DNA from: Longimicrobiales bacterium | Lineage (GTDB): Bacteria > Gemmatimonadota > Gemmatimonadetes > Longimicrobiales > Gaopeijiaceae | Direction of reading: 5' to 3' | Assembly: GCA_965202985.1 (NCBI GenBank) | Contig: CBDBCF010000001.1 | Coordinates: 128,001-192,000, forward strand | DNA length: 64,000 nt | In this document: in pieces, positions 46,339-56,171 of the stretch | Position numbering within the stretch: position 1 is the stretch's first letter | Layout: the number at the start of each line of letters is the position of its first letter | Made by a program: the position numbers and the translations under genes | Notes under the pieces: model-generated | What the model was told of the DNA's origin: nothing | Seen by the model: only the letters and a program-made list of their open reading frames with translations | The model's database searches: none

Positions 46339-47577
46339 GTGACCAAGGCCGAGCTGCTCGAGCTCGTCGCCAACGGCGAGAACTCCGGCGTCGAGTTCAA
46401 GCGCGACGACCTGCGGCCCGAACAGCTGGCGAAGGAGGCGGTGGCGTTTGCCAACTTCGAGGGCGGCCGCGTGTTGCTGGGCGTCGAGGACGACGGCGCC
46501 GTCTCGGGCGTACAGCGGGGCGATCTGGAGCGCTGGGTGATGGACACGGTCTTCGGCCGCTACGTCCACCCCTTCGTGTTGCCCTATTACGAGGAAGTGG
46601 TCGTGGGCGAAGGCCGCCGGGTGGCCGTCGTGACCATCGGACGCGGCGTGCACAAGCCGTACGTGGTTCGGGCGTCCGGCCGCGAAGACATCTACGTTCG
46701 CGTCGGCAGCACCTCGCGCCTTGCAACTCGGGAGCAACAAGCGCAGCTCTTTGCCACGGGCGGCTTGATGCGCCCGGAGCTCTTGCCCGTCTCCGGCAGC
46801 GGGCTCGAGGACCTGAGCTTGGAGCGGGCGAGAGACTACTTGACCGCTTTCGCCGGAAACGAATCGCCCCCGGACACGGAGGAGTCGTGGTGCGCAAGGC
46901 TGGCTGCGCTGGGCTTTATGAGCGAGGATTCGGGCGCCGGCGCCCCCGCGTGCACGGTCGCGGGGCTGCTGCTGTTCGGCTACAGTCCGCGCCGTCTGCT
47001 GCCCAGCGCCGGCGTTCGCTGGATGTGCTTCGCCGGCGAAGACAAGGAGTACGACGCCTTGGACGATCAAGTCATTGACGGTCCGCTGGTCGGATTGTGG
47101 AAGACGCTGTCCACGGGCCGGGAAATGGTGGAAAAGGGACTTGTCGACCGGCTCGCCGACGCCATGCGACCGTTCGTCAGCGAAGAGAGCGCGGAGGCCG
47201 ACGACTCGTTTCGGCGAGAAGTGCATTGGCACTATCCTCGGGACGCAGTTCGCGAGGCCGTGGCGAACGCGGTCGCGCACTGCGACCGGACGCGCTTGGC
47301 GCAGATCGAGGTCGCGCTCTACGCGGATCGGTTGGAGATCACCAGTCCCGGCGCGCTGCCGAACGGCATGACCGTCGCCAAGATGATCGCGGGCCAGCGA
47401 GTTCCGCGTAACCTGCTGGTCTCGGAAGTGCTGCGCGACTACGGATACGCCGATGCGCGCGGCATGGGCGTGCGTCGCAAGGTCATTCCGTTGTTGCGAG
47501 AGAGCAACGGCGTCGACCCGGAGTTCGAAGCCACCGAGGACTACGTGAAGGTGACGCTGCGTCGAGGTCCGGCCTAA
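46339..47577 (+). CDS. Schlafen/AlbA_2 domain protein with RecG-C/HATPase_c_4-like domain
   Basis: ENSGVEFK, VAFANFEGGRVLLGVEDDG, REAVANAVAH, DRLEITSPG, PRN, GMG. Confidence 0.85.
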   Translation: MTKAELLELVANGENSGVEFKRDDLRPEQLAKEAVAFANFEGGRVLLGVEDDGAVSGVQRGDLERWVMDTVFGRYVHPFVLPYYEEVVVGEGRRVAVVTIGRGVHKPYVVRASGREDIYVRVGSTSRLATREQQAQLFATGGLMRPELLPVSGSGLEDLSLERARDYLTAFAGNESPPDTEESWCARLAALGFMSEDSGAGAPACTVAGLLLFGYSPRRLLPSAGVRWMCFAGEDKEYDALDDQVIDGPLVGLWKTLSTGREMVEKGLVDRLADAMRPFVSEESAEADDSFRREVHWHYPRDAVREAVANAVAHCDRTRLAQIEVALYADRLEITSPGALPNGMTVAKMIAGQRVPRNLLVSEVLRDYGYADARGMGVRRKVIPLLRESNGVDPEFEATEDYVKVTLRRGPA

Positions 47578-47578
47578 C

Positions 47579-49603
47579 CTAACCGCCGCCCAGCGACACC
47601 CGGCCGCCCACGTAGAGCGCCCGCCCCGGAGCGCGGAACCCCCACGCTTCCTGGTACTCCTCGTCCAGCAAGTTGTCGGCGCGCACGGTCAGCGCGACTC
47701 CCGGCCGCCCGGCGCTCGCCGCCGTCACCTCGAACTCGACCGACAGGTCCAGCACCAAGTACGCAGGCAAAGTCACGGGAGCAGCGGGCCAAGCCGAAAA
47801 GTCCATGTCCGCTCGCTCGCCCACGCGCCGGGCGCTCGCGTCCAGCGTCGTTCGGTCGGTCACGCGGGCGAACGCCGTAGCAGCCACGGTGTGCGCGGGT
47901 CGGCGGAGCAGCGGCCCTTTGTCGGCAACCCCGGCCTCCACGACCTTGGCGTCGGTCCAGGTGTACGAGCCCGTGAACTCGAACCGCCCCGTGTTCACGG
48001 CGGCTTCGGCCTCAACGCCCCGGCTGCGCGCCTTGGCCGCGTTGTAGTAGTTGGGGCCGCCGTCCACGGGCGGAGACGACGTGTACTGGATCAAGTCGCG
48101 GTAGCTGTGGCGGAAGGCGGTGGCCGACACGCGGATCTTGTCGCCGGCCAACTCGTGATCCAACCCGGCTTCGACCCCCGTGGAGCGTTCCGGCTTCAGA
48201 TCCGGGTTGCCGGTCACGAACCCCGTCGCGTACACCTCCGTGAAGGACGGCGCCTTGATGCCCGTGCCGGCAGACGCCCGCAGCCGCGTGCCGGACGTGT
48301 TCGACACGCGCCACACCGCCCCGGCCCGCCAAGTGAATGCGACGCCGTACCGCTCGTTGTCCTCCGCCCGAGCGCCCCCGTTCAGCGCCACGCCGCCCCG
48401 GTCCCAGGCCGCCTGCGCGTAGGCCGCCCTGTTCCACCGCTCGTTGTCCGTGCTGCCCGACGACGCGCCGTATTGCGACAACGACTGGTTGAAGCCCCGA
48501 ATCGTCTGCTGCTCCAGATCCCAGCCGGCCGCCAGCACCGTGCTCCCGCGTCCGGGCCGCCACACGGCGCGCGCGTCGGCGGTGGTGCGGCGAATGTCGT
48601 CCAGGCTCCGGAAGCCGTAGAAGCCCAGCGTGTCGGCCGGTCCGTCGGAGGCGTCGTCGGTGCCGCCGTCCGTATCGTGGAGGCTCAGCGTTACGCGGGT
48701 CTCGATGGCGTCGGTCCAGCGTCGGCCGGCGTCCACCGACACCAACAGGGCGTCGCCGTAGGTGTAGGCGTTCCGGTCCACGACCGCGCCCGTGCCGTCG
48801 GTGGGGTAGTGAAAGCGCCGGTCTTCGTAGCGGAACGACATGGTGGCGTCGGTGCGGGGTCCGCCTCGGCCATGGACACGCCCGGTGACGGTCGTTTGGC
48901 GGAAGGCGTTGTTGAACGCCAGGATGCCGTCGGTGTCGGTCCGGCCCGCGGAGAAGGCGTAGGACAGTGCGCTGGTCCCGCCGGCCAGGTTGCCCAGCCA
49001 GCGCCGGGCGCCGAAGCTGCCGCCCCCGAACGAAGCGCTGGCCTTGGGTTCGCCGGCGCCGCGCCGAGTGAAGACGTGGACCACGCCGCTCACGGCCCCG
49101 GAGCCATACAGGGCGGACCCCGGCCCTCTCACGATCTCGATCCGCTCCACGTTGTCCGCGGCCAGCGCCCCGAAGTCGAAGCGTCCGCCGGGTTCGTTGA
49201 CGCGAACGCCGTCCACCAGGACGAGCAGGTGGTCCGACTCGCCGCCCCGCAGGAACACGGAGGCGACCGCGCCGAAGGAGCCGTTGCGCGCCGCCGCCAG
49301 CCCCGGCGCTCGGCGAAGGGCGTCTGCGACGAACTGAACGCCGGCGCGCTCCAGGTCTTCGCCTTCGAGGACGGTGACGTGGGAGGCCGCGGTCCAGTCG
49401 GGCTGGGCCCACCGGTTGACCGTGACGACGAGCCCTTCCAGCTCGACGGGTTCCTGGGCGGCGACCGGCCGCGTCGGGAGCGCAGCCGTCAGCGGAAGCG
49501 CTGCGACGGCGAAGCCGACGACGGCGGCGAGTCGGCGGAGAGTGGACGGGCGGACGGCAGCGGACGGGGTCGCCGCGAGTACGGCGCGCACAGCGTGCAA
49601 CAT
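47579..49603 (-). CDS. btuB: TonB-dependent receptor, probably for vitamin B12
   Basis: VFLRGG, LVLVDGV, VERIEIVRGPGSALYGSGAVSGV, GNPDLKPE, LLRRP, NLLDEEY; lies downstream of a cobalamin riboswitch. Confidence 0.88.
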   Translation of the reverse strand: MLHAVRAVLAATPSAAVRPSTLRRLAAVVGFAVAALPLTAALPTRPVAAQEPVELEGLVVTVNRWAQPDWTAASHVTVLEGEDLERAGVQFVADALRRAPGLAAARNGSFGAVASVFLRGGESDHLLVLVDGVRVNEPGGRFDFGALAADNVERIEIVRGPGSALYGSGAVSGVVHVFTRRGAGEPKASASFGGGSFGARRWLGNLAGGTSALSYAFSAGRTDTDGILAFNNAFRQTTVTGRVHGRGGPRTDATMSFRYEDRRFHYPTDGTGAVVDRNAYTYGDALLVSVDAGRRWTDAIETRVTLSLHDTDGGTDDASDGPADTLGFYGFRSLDDIRRTTADARAVWRPGRGSTVLAAGWDLEQQTIRGFNQSLSQYGASSGSTDNERWNRAAYAQAAWDRGGVALNGGARAEDNERYGVAFTWRAGAVWRVSNTSGTRLRASAGTGIKAPSFTEVYATGFVTGNPDLKPERSTGVEAGLDHELAGDKIRVSATAFRHSYRDLIQYTSSPPVDGGPNYYNAAKARSRGVEAEAAVNTGRFEFTGSYTWTDAKVVEAGVADKGPLLRRPAHTVAATAFARVTDRTTLDASARRVGERADMDFSAWPAAPVTLPAYLVLDLSVEFEVTAASAGRPGVALTVRADNLLDEEYQEAWGFRAPGRALYVGGRVSLGGG

Positions 49604-49648
49604 GATGGCATCCCTTCTCGCCTCCCCTCGGAGGCATTTGAAGTGAGC

Positions 49649-49822
49649 GCCGAAGGAGCACGTCTCCTGACTCGAGGCCGTCGTAGCTCGCCTTCCCGGG
49701 ATCCGTCTTGGGATTCCAGTGGCCATGCGGAGCCGACGTTCCGGGAGCAGAGTCCCGGACCTCTCACAGTGGCGGGGCCGCGCCGGATTCGCACCGGCTT
49801 CCGTTTCGCCCCTCCGGCCGAT
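49649..49822 (-). ncRNA. Cobalamin riboswitch
   Basis: Minus strand: aaacGGAAgccGGTGcgAAtCCggcgCgGcCCCGccACTGT...gccACTG...GGGAAGgc...gAGTCAGgAgACgtGC (B12 box); ends pair ccggagggg/ctccttcgg. Confidence 0.92.
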
Positions 49823-49836
49823 TGGGTTGTGAAGGC

Positions 49837-49866
49837 AACGTAAGCAAGGGAGGCGCGGGAGGTCAA
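49837..49866 (-). promoter_or_regulatory. Putative sigma70 promoter for the riboswitch-btuB transcript
   Basis: TTGACC-N18-TACGTT immediately upstream of the riboswitch. Confidence 0.5.
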
Positions 49867-50026
49867 GCCAGCGAGCTTCTTCATGCTCCGGCGAATGCGA
49901 ACATGACGCATTCTTACTGCAAACATACTCATGTTTTACTCATTTCCGTGTTGGCATGACGTGGCAATCCCCTTTGAACGTTATGATCATGCGCCTGCTT
50001 GCCGCCGCCCGCCGACGCCGCGCCTC

Positions 50027-51754
50027 ATGCTCGAAGCCACGACTCCGCCCGCCACCGTCCTCGATCTTCTCGCCGCCCCGAGCGGTTCGGTCGCGCTTTC
50101 GTCCCCCGGCCGCCCCGACGCCACCTACGACGTCCTTCGCGGCCACGTGGAGCGCACGGTGGCCGGGCTCAACGAGCGCGGGCTGGGGAGGAACGACCGC
50201 GTGGCCATTGTGTTGCCCAACGGACCCGAAATGGCCGGGGCCTTCGTGTCGGTCGCGGCCGGCGCCGCCACGGCGCCCCTGAACCCTGCCTGCAAGGAGT
50301 CCGAGTTCGCCTTCCATCTGGAAGACTTGGGCGCCAAGGCGCTCCTGCTCATGGAGGGGGACGACTCGCCCGCGCGTCGGACCGCCCGGGAACTCGGCGT
50401 GCAGGTGCTGGAGATCAACGCCCAGCCGGAAGATCCAGCCGGCACCTTCCGCTTTGCCGCCCCGGCGGGCGGCGCCATGGCCCGACGCGACCCTTCCGAG
50501 ACCGGCGCCCCCGATCCCGCAGGCGACTCCTTCTCGCGCCACCCCGCCACGCCAAGCACCGGCTTCGCCCGGCCCGGCGACGTGGCGCTGGTGCTGCACA
50601 CGTCGGGCACCACGTCCCGCCCCAAGATCGTTCCCCTGCTCCACCGCAACGTGTGCGCGTCCGCCCTTCACATTCGCGAGACCTTGGCGCTCGGACCTTC
50701 GGACCGTTGCCTGAACGTGATGCCGCTCTTCCACATTCACGGGCTCGTGGCCTGCGTGCTCGCCTCGTTGGCGGCGGGCGCCGGCGTGTACTGCGCACCG
50801 GGCTTCAACGCGCTCCGGTTCTTCGCTTGGATGGACGACTGCGCCCCGACGTGGTACTCCGCCGTCCCGACGATGCACCAAGCCGTGCTGGCGCGGGCAG
50901 CCCGCAACCCGGAGTCGGTGGCACGGGCCGCATTGCGCTTCGTTCGGTCGTCTTCGGCGGCGCTTCCGGTGCGCGTGATCGGCGAGCTGGAGAAGACGTT
51001 CGGCGTCCCCGTCGTGGAGGCGTACGCCATGACCGAGGCGTCTCACCAGATGACGTGCAATCCCCTGCCGCCGGCGCACCGCAAGCCGGGCACCGTGGGT
51101 CCGGCGGCGGGTCCCGAGGTGTCGGTCGTGGACGAGGCCGGCAACCACTTGGCGCCGAACCAGACGGGCGAAATCGTCGTTCGCGGGCCCAACGTGACGC
51201 CGGGATACGAGAACAACACCGCCGCCAACGAAGCCGCGTTCTTTGACGGCTGGTTCCGCACCGGCGACCAGGGCCATCGCGACGAAGACGGCTACTTCAC
51301 CATTACCGGGCGCCTCAAGGAGATCATCAACCGGGGCGGCGAGAAGGTGTCGCCGCGGGAAGTGGACGAAGTCCTGATGGACCACCCCGACGTCGAGCAG
51401 GTCGTGACCTTCGCCGTGCCGCACGCCAAGCTGGGGGAAGAGGTTGCCGCCGCCGTCGTGCTCAAGAAGGACGGCAGCCGCGCCGAAGCCCGTGTCGTTG
51501 CTGACGACCGCGGTGCCGACGACGACGACGACGCGCCCGCCGCCCTGCGCGCGTTCGCCTCGACGCGCTTGGCGGCGTTCAAGGTGCCGCGAAGGGTCCT
51601 CGTCATGGACGAAATCCCAAAGGGACCGACGGGAAAGCTGCGGCGGATCGGGCTGGCAGAGCAGCTGGGGCTTGTGCAACGGATGGAAGCATCGTCGCGG
51701 CGAAGGGCGACACAGCAACCGGAGCCGACGCACGAGCCGGGGCCGACGCAATGA
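50027..51754 (+). CDS. Acyl-CoA synthetase, oxalate--CoA ligase-like
   Basis: LHTSGTTSRPK, MPLFHIHGL, TWYSAVPTMHQ, LRFVRSSS, EAYAMTEASHQM, WFRTGDQG. Confidence 0.85.
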   Translation: MLEATTPPATVLDLLAAPSGSVALSSPGRPDATYDVLRGHVERTVAGLNERGLGRNDRVAIVLPNGPEMAGAFVSVAAGAATAPLNPACKESEFAFHLEDLGAKALLLMEGDDSPARRTARELGVQVLEINAQPEDPAGTFRFAAPAGGAMARRDPSETGAPDPAGDSFSRHPATPSTGFARPGDVALVLHTSGTTSRPKIVPLLHRNVCASALHIRETLALGPSDRCLNVMPLFHIHGLVACVLASLAAGAGVYCAPGFNALRFFAWMDDCAPTWYSAVPTMHQAVLARAARNPESVARAALRFVRSSSAALPVRVIGELEKTFGVPVVEAYAMTEASHQMTCNPLPPAHRKPGTVGPAAGPEVSVVDEAGNHLAPNQTGEIVVRGPNVTPGYENNTAANEAAFFDGWFRTGDQGHRDEDGYFTITGRLKEIINRGGEKVSPREVDEVLMDHPDVEQVVTFAVPHAKLGEEVAAAVVLKKDGSRAEARVVADDRGADDDDDAPAALRAFASTRLAAFKVPRRVLVMDEIPKGPTGKLRRIGLAEQLGLVQRMEASSRRRATQQPEPTHEPGPTQ

Positions 51755-52728
51755 AGGTCGCGATCTTCGGGGCCGGGGCCACCGGGGGATACTTGGGCTT
51801 GCATCTAGCCCGTTCCGGGGTGGAGACGACGCTGATCGCGCGCGGGCCGCACTTGAAGGCCATGCAAGAGAGCGGCGTGACCGTGCTGTCCGGGGGCGAC
51901 TCGCTGAACGCGCGGCCACTCTGCACAAGCGATCCAAGGGAAGTCGGCCCCCAGGACTACGTGATCATGGCGGTAAAGGCGCACGCGGGGCCCGGCGTGG
52001 TCGACGCGGTCCAGCCGCTGCTGGGTCCGAACACCGCCGTCGTCACGGCCCAGAACGGCGTGCCCTGGTGGTACTTCTACCGTTCGGGGTGCGCCTTCGA
52101 CGGACACCGTCTTGAAAGCGTGGACCCGGGCGGGCGGCAGTGGAAAGGGATCGGTCCGGAGCGCGCCGTCGGCTGCGTGGTGTACCCGGCCACGGAGCTC
52201 GGGGCGCCGGGGGTGATCCGCCACCAGTACGGGGATCGCTTCACCGTGGGCGAACCCTCGGGCGAAAAGACGAGCCGTGTCGTGGCGTTGAGCCGGATGC
52301 TGATCGACGCCGGGTTCCGTGCGCCCGTGCGCGCAATCCGCAACGAGATATGGGTCAAGTTGTGGGGCAACGTCTCCTTCAACCCCATCAGTGCGCTGAC
52401 CCTGGCCACGCTGGACCGCATCGCCGGCGACCCCGGCACCCGCGCCGTCGCCAAGACCATGATGACCGAAGCCAAGCAGATCGGCGAAGCCCTGGGCATC
52501 CGCTTCCGCATGGACCTCGAGAAGCGCATCGACGGCACGGCCTCCGTCGGCGCCCACCGCACCTCCATGCTGCAGGACTTGGAGGCGGGCCGCACCATGG
52601 AGATCGACGCCATCGTCACCGCCGTGCAGGAGATGGGACGCTTGGTGCGCGTCCCGACGCCAGCGATCGACTTGGTGCTGGCGCTGCTGCGACAGCGAGC
52701 GGAAGTCGCGGCATCCCATGCCCATTGA
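51751..52728 (+). CDS. Ketopantoate-reductase-family protein (PanE2/oxalyl-CoA reductase-like)
   Basis: GAGATGG, QNGVPWWYF, SVDPGG, WVKLWGN, TSMLQD; ATGA-coupled to the ligase. Confidence 0.85.
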   Translation: MKVAIFGAGATGGYLGLHLARSGVETTLIARGPHLKAMQESGVTVLSGGDSLNARPLCTSDPREVGPQDYVIMAVKAHAGPGVVDAVQPLLGPNTAVVTAQNGVPWWYFYRSGCAFDGHRLESVDPGGRQWKGIGPERAVGCVVYPATELGAPGVIRHQYGDRFTVGEPSGEKTSRVVALSRMLIDAGFRAPVRAIRNEIWVKLWGNVSFNPISALTLATLDRIAGDPGTRAVAKTMMTEAKQIGEALGIRFRMDLEKRIDGTASVGAHRTSMLQDLEAGRTMEIDAIVTAVQEMGRLVRVPTPAIDLVLALLRQRAEVAASHAH

Positions 52729-52824
52729 CGAGCCGGGCTCTGGGGCTGGCTACGATGGCCCGGCAAATCACACACGACGTGTTACATTTGGCTACTTTCG
52801 GGCCGGACTCGGGGGGAGAACCTC

Positions 52825-53991
52825 ATGATCCCACGCCAAGCCAAGGCAGTCGTCCAGGGAATGCTGGACCGCGCACCTGCCGTCGTGATCACGGGCACCC
52901 GGCAAGTGGGCAAGACGACCCTCGCCCTCGAGATCGCTCGGGAGCGAGACGCGGCCTACCTCGACTTGGAGCGGCCCAGCGACGCCGCGAAGCTCGCCGA
53001 TGTCGAGGACTACTGCGCGCGTCATGCCGACCGGCTAGTCGTCTTCGACGAGATCCAGAGGAACCCCGGGCTCTTCCAGCCCTTGCGCGGCATCATCGAC
53101 GAACGCAGGCGAGAGGGCAGGCCGACAGGACACTTCCTCTTCCTCGGCTCCGCGTCCCTGGACCTTCTCCGGCAGTCGGGCGAGACGCTGGCGGGGCGCA
53201 TCGCCCACTTCGAGCTTCGGCCGCTGAACGTCCGCGAGGTTCCCCCGGACGCGCGGGACGAACTCTGGCTGCGGGGCGGCCTGCCCGAGAGCTTTCTGGC
53301 CGACGACGACCGCGCCAGCTTCGAGTGGCGCTTCGACTTCGTGGCGACGTATCTGGAACGCGACATCCCCGCCCTCGGCCCACGCATACCGAGCGAAACC
53401 CTCCGCCGCTTCTGGACGATGCTGGCGCACAACCAAGGTCGAACGTTCAACGCCGCCCAGCTGGCGCGCAGCCTTGGAGTAAAGGGCGTCACCGTCGGCC
53501 GCTACCTGGACCTCATGGTGGACCTGCTGCTCGTACGCCGCCTTCCCTCGTGGTCCAGCAACGTCGGCAAGCGCCTGGTCAAGGCCCCCAAGACCTACCT
53601 GCGAGACAGCGGCGTTTGCCACGCCCTGTTGGGAATCGACTCCTACGACTCCCTCTTGAGCCATCCCGTCGTCGGCGGAAGCTGGGAGGGGTTCGTCGTC
53701 GAAAGCATTCTGGGCGCCGCCCCGGTACACGCCCAGTGGGGTTGCTACCGTACGCGAAGCGGTGCAGAGATCGACCTCGTGCTCGACCTCGGCGCGGGCA
53801 AGGTGTGGGCGATCGAAGTCAAGCGAAGCTCGGCCCCGTCCGTCTCCCGAGGCTTCCATGCGGCTTGCGACGACCTGCGGCCGGCGCGCAAGTACGTCGT
53901 TCACGCCGGCAACGAGGGCTTCTCGCTGCGGCATGGCGTGGAGGCGGCGACGTTGCCGGACATCGTGCGGGAGCTGAGTGCCGCGACATGA
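52825..53991 (+). CDS. AAA_14 ATPase with DUF4143
   Basis: GTRQVGKT, FDEIQ, LRGGLPE, YLERDI, RLVKAPK, EIDLV...AIEVK. Confidence 0.9.
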   Translation: MIPRQAKAVVQGMLDRAPAVVITGTRQVGKTTLALEIARERDAAYLDLERPSDAAKLADVEDYCARHADRLVVFDEIQRNPGLFQPLRGIIDERRREGRPTGHFLFLGSASLDLLRQSGETLAGRIAHFELRPLNVREVPPDARDELWLRGGLPESFLADDDRASFEWRFDFVATYLERDIPALGPRIPSETLRRFWTMLAHNQGRTFNAAQLARSLGVKGVTVGRYLDLMVDLLLVRRLPSWSSNVGKRLVKAPKTYLRDSGVCHALLGIDSYDSLLSHPVVGGSWEGFVVESILGAAPVHAQWGCYRTRSGAEIDLVLDLGAGKVWAIEVKRSSAPSVSRGFHAACDDLRPARKYVVHAGNEGFSLRHGVEAATLPDIVRELSAAT

Positions 53992-56171
53992 GCATCGAGC
54001 GCCGCTTCGACGTGCCCTTCGTTTCCGCCATGGCGTTGCGGGAGAAGGCGATTCAGCAGAACTACCGACCCGTGATCGCCGTGCACAAGTGGTTCGCTCG
54101 GCGTCCCGGCACGCTCTTTCGCGGGCTCCTGCTCTCCGAGTTCGTGGACTCCCGGCTTCGCGACAGTTACTTCCGGTCCCACAGCCTGCGCCACAAGCGA
54201 ATCGCCGACCCGTTCATGGGTGGCGGCACGCCGCTGATCGAAGCCAACCGCCTGGGCGCGGACATAGCCGGTTGGGACATCAACCCCATGGCGTGGTGGA
54301 TCGTGGGTCGAGAGCTGGAAGGCCTGGACGTCGTTGCATACGAGGAAGCCGGTCGAGCGCTGCTCGATGACTTGCGGCGTCACGTCGGCAAGTTGTACGA
54401 GACCGAGTGCATTCGGTGCCAACGCCTCGCGCCGGTCAAGTACTTCCTCTGGGTAAAGACCCAACCGTGCACCGAGTGCGATCGGCCAATCGACCTCTTT
54501 CCCGGCTACTTGGTCGCAACCGACGCCCGCCATCCCCGCAACGTCCTCCTCTGCCCCGGATGCGGTCGGCTCGCCGAAGCGGCCGATCGCAAGTCGCCCG
54601 GCCCATGTCCCCATTGCGCCGCCCCGTTGCGTGCGGAAGGACCGGCTAGGCGAGGTCTCGTCCCGTGCGCCCATTGCGGCGCCTCCAACTCGTTTCCGGC
54701 AGCAGCCGAAGGGCCTCTGGAACATCGCATGTTCGCGATCGAGTATCACTGTCACGATTGTCGACCGGGACACAGGGGTCGCTTTTTCAAGACGCCGGAT
54801 GCGCAAGACATGGCCAACTACGACGAAGCCAAGGAGCGCTGGCGACGCATCGATCCGCGCTACGTGCCCGATGACCCCATCCCGCCGGGCGACGAATCGA
54901 CAAGGCTGCACCGCTGGGGCTACCATCGCTACCGCCAGATGTTCAACGACCGCCAGCTGCTCGGCCTGGAAACAAGCTGTCGCCTGGTCGCGGCACAGTC
55001 CGATCCAGCCATCCACCGAGCCCTGGCCACCAATTTGTCGGACCTGCTGCGCTACAACAATTTGCTCGTGCGCTACGACACCCGGACTCTGAAGGCCCTG
55101 GACTTGTTCTCGGTCCACGGCTTTCCCACGGGACTTGTGCGATGCGAAGTCAACTTGCTTGGGACGCGGCACCGGAGCGGCAAGGCTGTGGGCAGCGGCG
55201 GCTGGGTCAACATCCTGGACAAGTACAAGACGGCCAAGGAATACTGCGACAGGCCCTTCGAGGTCGCCGCCGGTTCTCGGACCCGCGTGTACACCACGGG
55301 CGAGCGGATCGAGGCCGCCATTTGCGATGACGATCGCACCGACGACTCCGGCGGCCGCGTTGCGATCCTTGCTTGCGACAGCGCGACTCGCGCGTCGCTT
55401 GCGCCGGGTTCCCTGGACGCGGTCCTCACCGACCCGCCGTATTACGACAGTGTCCAGTACGCCGAGCTGATGGACTTCTGCTACGTCTGGCTTCGGCGAC
55501 TGGCCGAAACGAACAACGGCGAGTTCCGGCCGGCTTCCACTCGGAGCCGCGGTGAACTGACGGGAAATCAGACCGAGGGCCGCGGCTTGGAACACTTCAC
55601 CGACGGTTTGGCGGAGGTCTACAGTCGAATGGCCGACGCACTGAAGCCCGGAGCGCCCTTTGCGTTCACCTACCACCACAACCGAGCAAGCGCATACTGC
55701 CCCGTCGCCGTAGCGATCCTGGACGCTGGGCTTGTCGCAACGGCAACGCTGCCCTGCCCTGCCGAGATGAGCGGTTCGATCCACATCAGCGGCACCCGCT
55801 CGTCGATTGTGGACACCGTGTTCGTTTGCCGCAAGGACGCGCCGGTTCCAGAAGACAATCTGGCGTTCGGTCCGGAGGACGTCTCGCAACTCGTGGCCGC
55901 CGACTTGGTTCAGCTTCGAGCCGGCAACGTGCGGCCAAGTGCCGGCGACACTCGCTGCATCGCCCTGGGGCACGTTACGCGAATGGCCGTCTGGACGCTT
56001 CGCGAGAGCTGGAACCGCCACGCCGCGACCGGCGCCAAGCTCGCCCGCGTCCGGCGCGCCATGCACGACCTGGCCAGCGTCGAGGGAGTCCTGGAGCTGC
56101 TGGAATCGGCCGACATCGCGACCGGCAGAGATTTGCAGGGCAGCTTCCTTGAGGATGCCCGTGGCGACTGA
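53988..56171 (+). CDS. DUF1156-related amino-DNA methyltransferase with six CxxC motifs
   Basis: HKWFARRPG, DPFMGGG, TDPPY; CIRC, CTEC, CPGC, CPHC, CAHC, CHDC; ATGA-coupled. Confidence 0.88.
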   Translation: MSIERRFDVPFVSAMALREKAIQQNYRPVIAVHKWFARRPGTLFRGLLLSEFVDSRLRDSYFRSHSLRHKRIADPFMGGGTPLIEANRLGADIAGWDINPMAWWIVGRELEGLDVVAYEEAGRALLDDLRRHVGKLYETECIRCQRLAPVKYFLWVKTQPCTECDRPIDLFPGYLVATDARHPRNVLLCPGCGRLAEAADRKSPGPCPHCAAPLRAEGPARRGLVPCAHCGASNSFPAAAEGPLEHRMFAIEYHCHDCRPGHRGRFFKTPDAQDMANYDEAKERWRRIDPRYVPDDPIPPGDESTRLHRWGYHRYRQMFNDRQLLGLETSCRLVAAQSDPAIHRALATNLSDLLRYNNLLVRYDTRTLKALDLFSVHGFPTGLVRCEVNLLGTRHRSGKAVGSGGWVNILDKYKTAKEYCDRPFEVAAGSRTRVYTTGERIEAAICDDDRTDDSGGRVAILACDSATRASLAPGSLDAVLTDPPYYDSVQYAELMDFCYVWLRRLAETNNGEFRPASTRSRGELTGNQTEGRGLEHFTDGLAEVYSRMADALKPGAPFAFTYHHNRASAYCPVAVAILDAGLVATATLPCPAEMSGSIHISGTRSSIVDTVFVCRKDAPVPEDNLAFGPEDVSQLVAADLVQLRAGNVRPSAGDTRCIALGHVTRMAVWTLRESWNRHAATGAKLARVRRAMHDLASVEGVLELLESADIATGRDLQGSFLEDARGD

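Noticed and set aside
52140..53987. Apparent 1343-aa methylase, plus long N-terminal extensions of thiI, dctP and both oxidoreductase subunits
   Set aside because: The extensions overlap other genuine genes in different frames; real starts lie at stop/start overlaps or just upstream of the recognisable domains.
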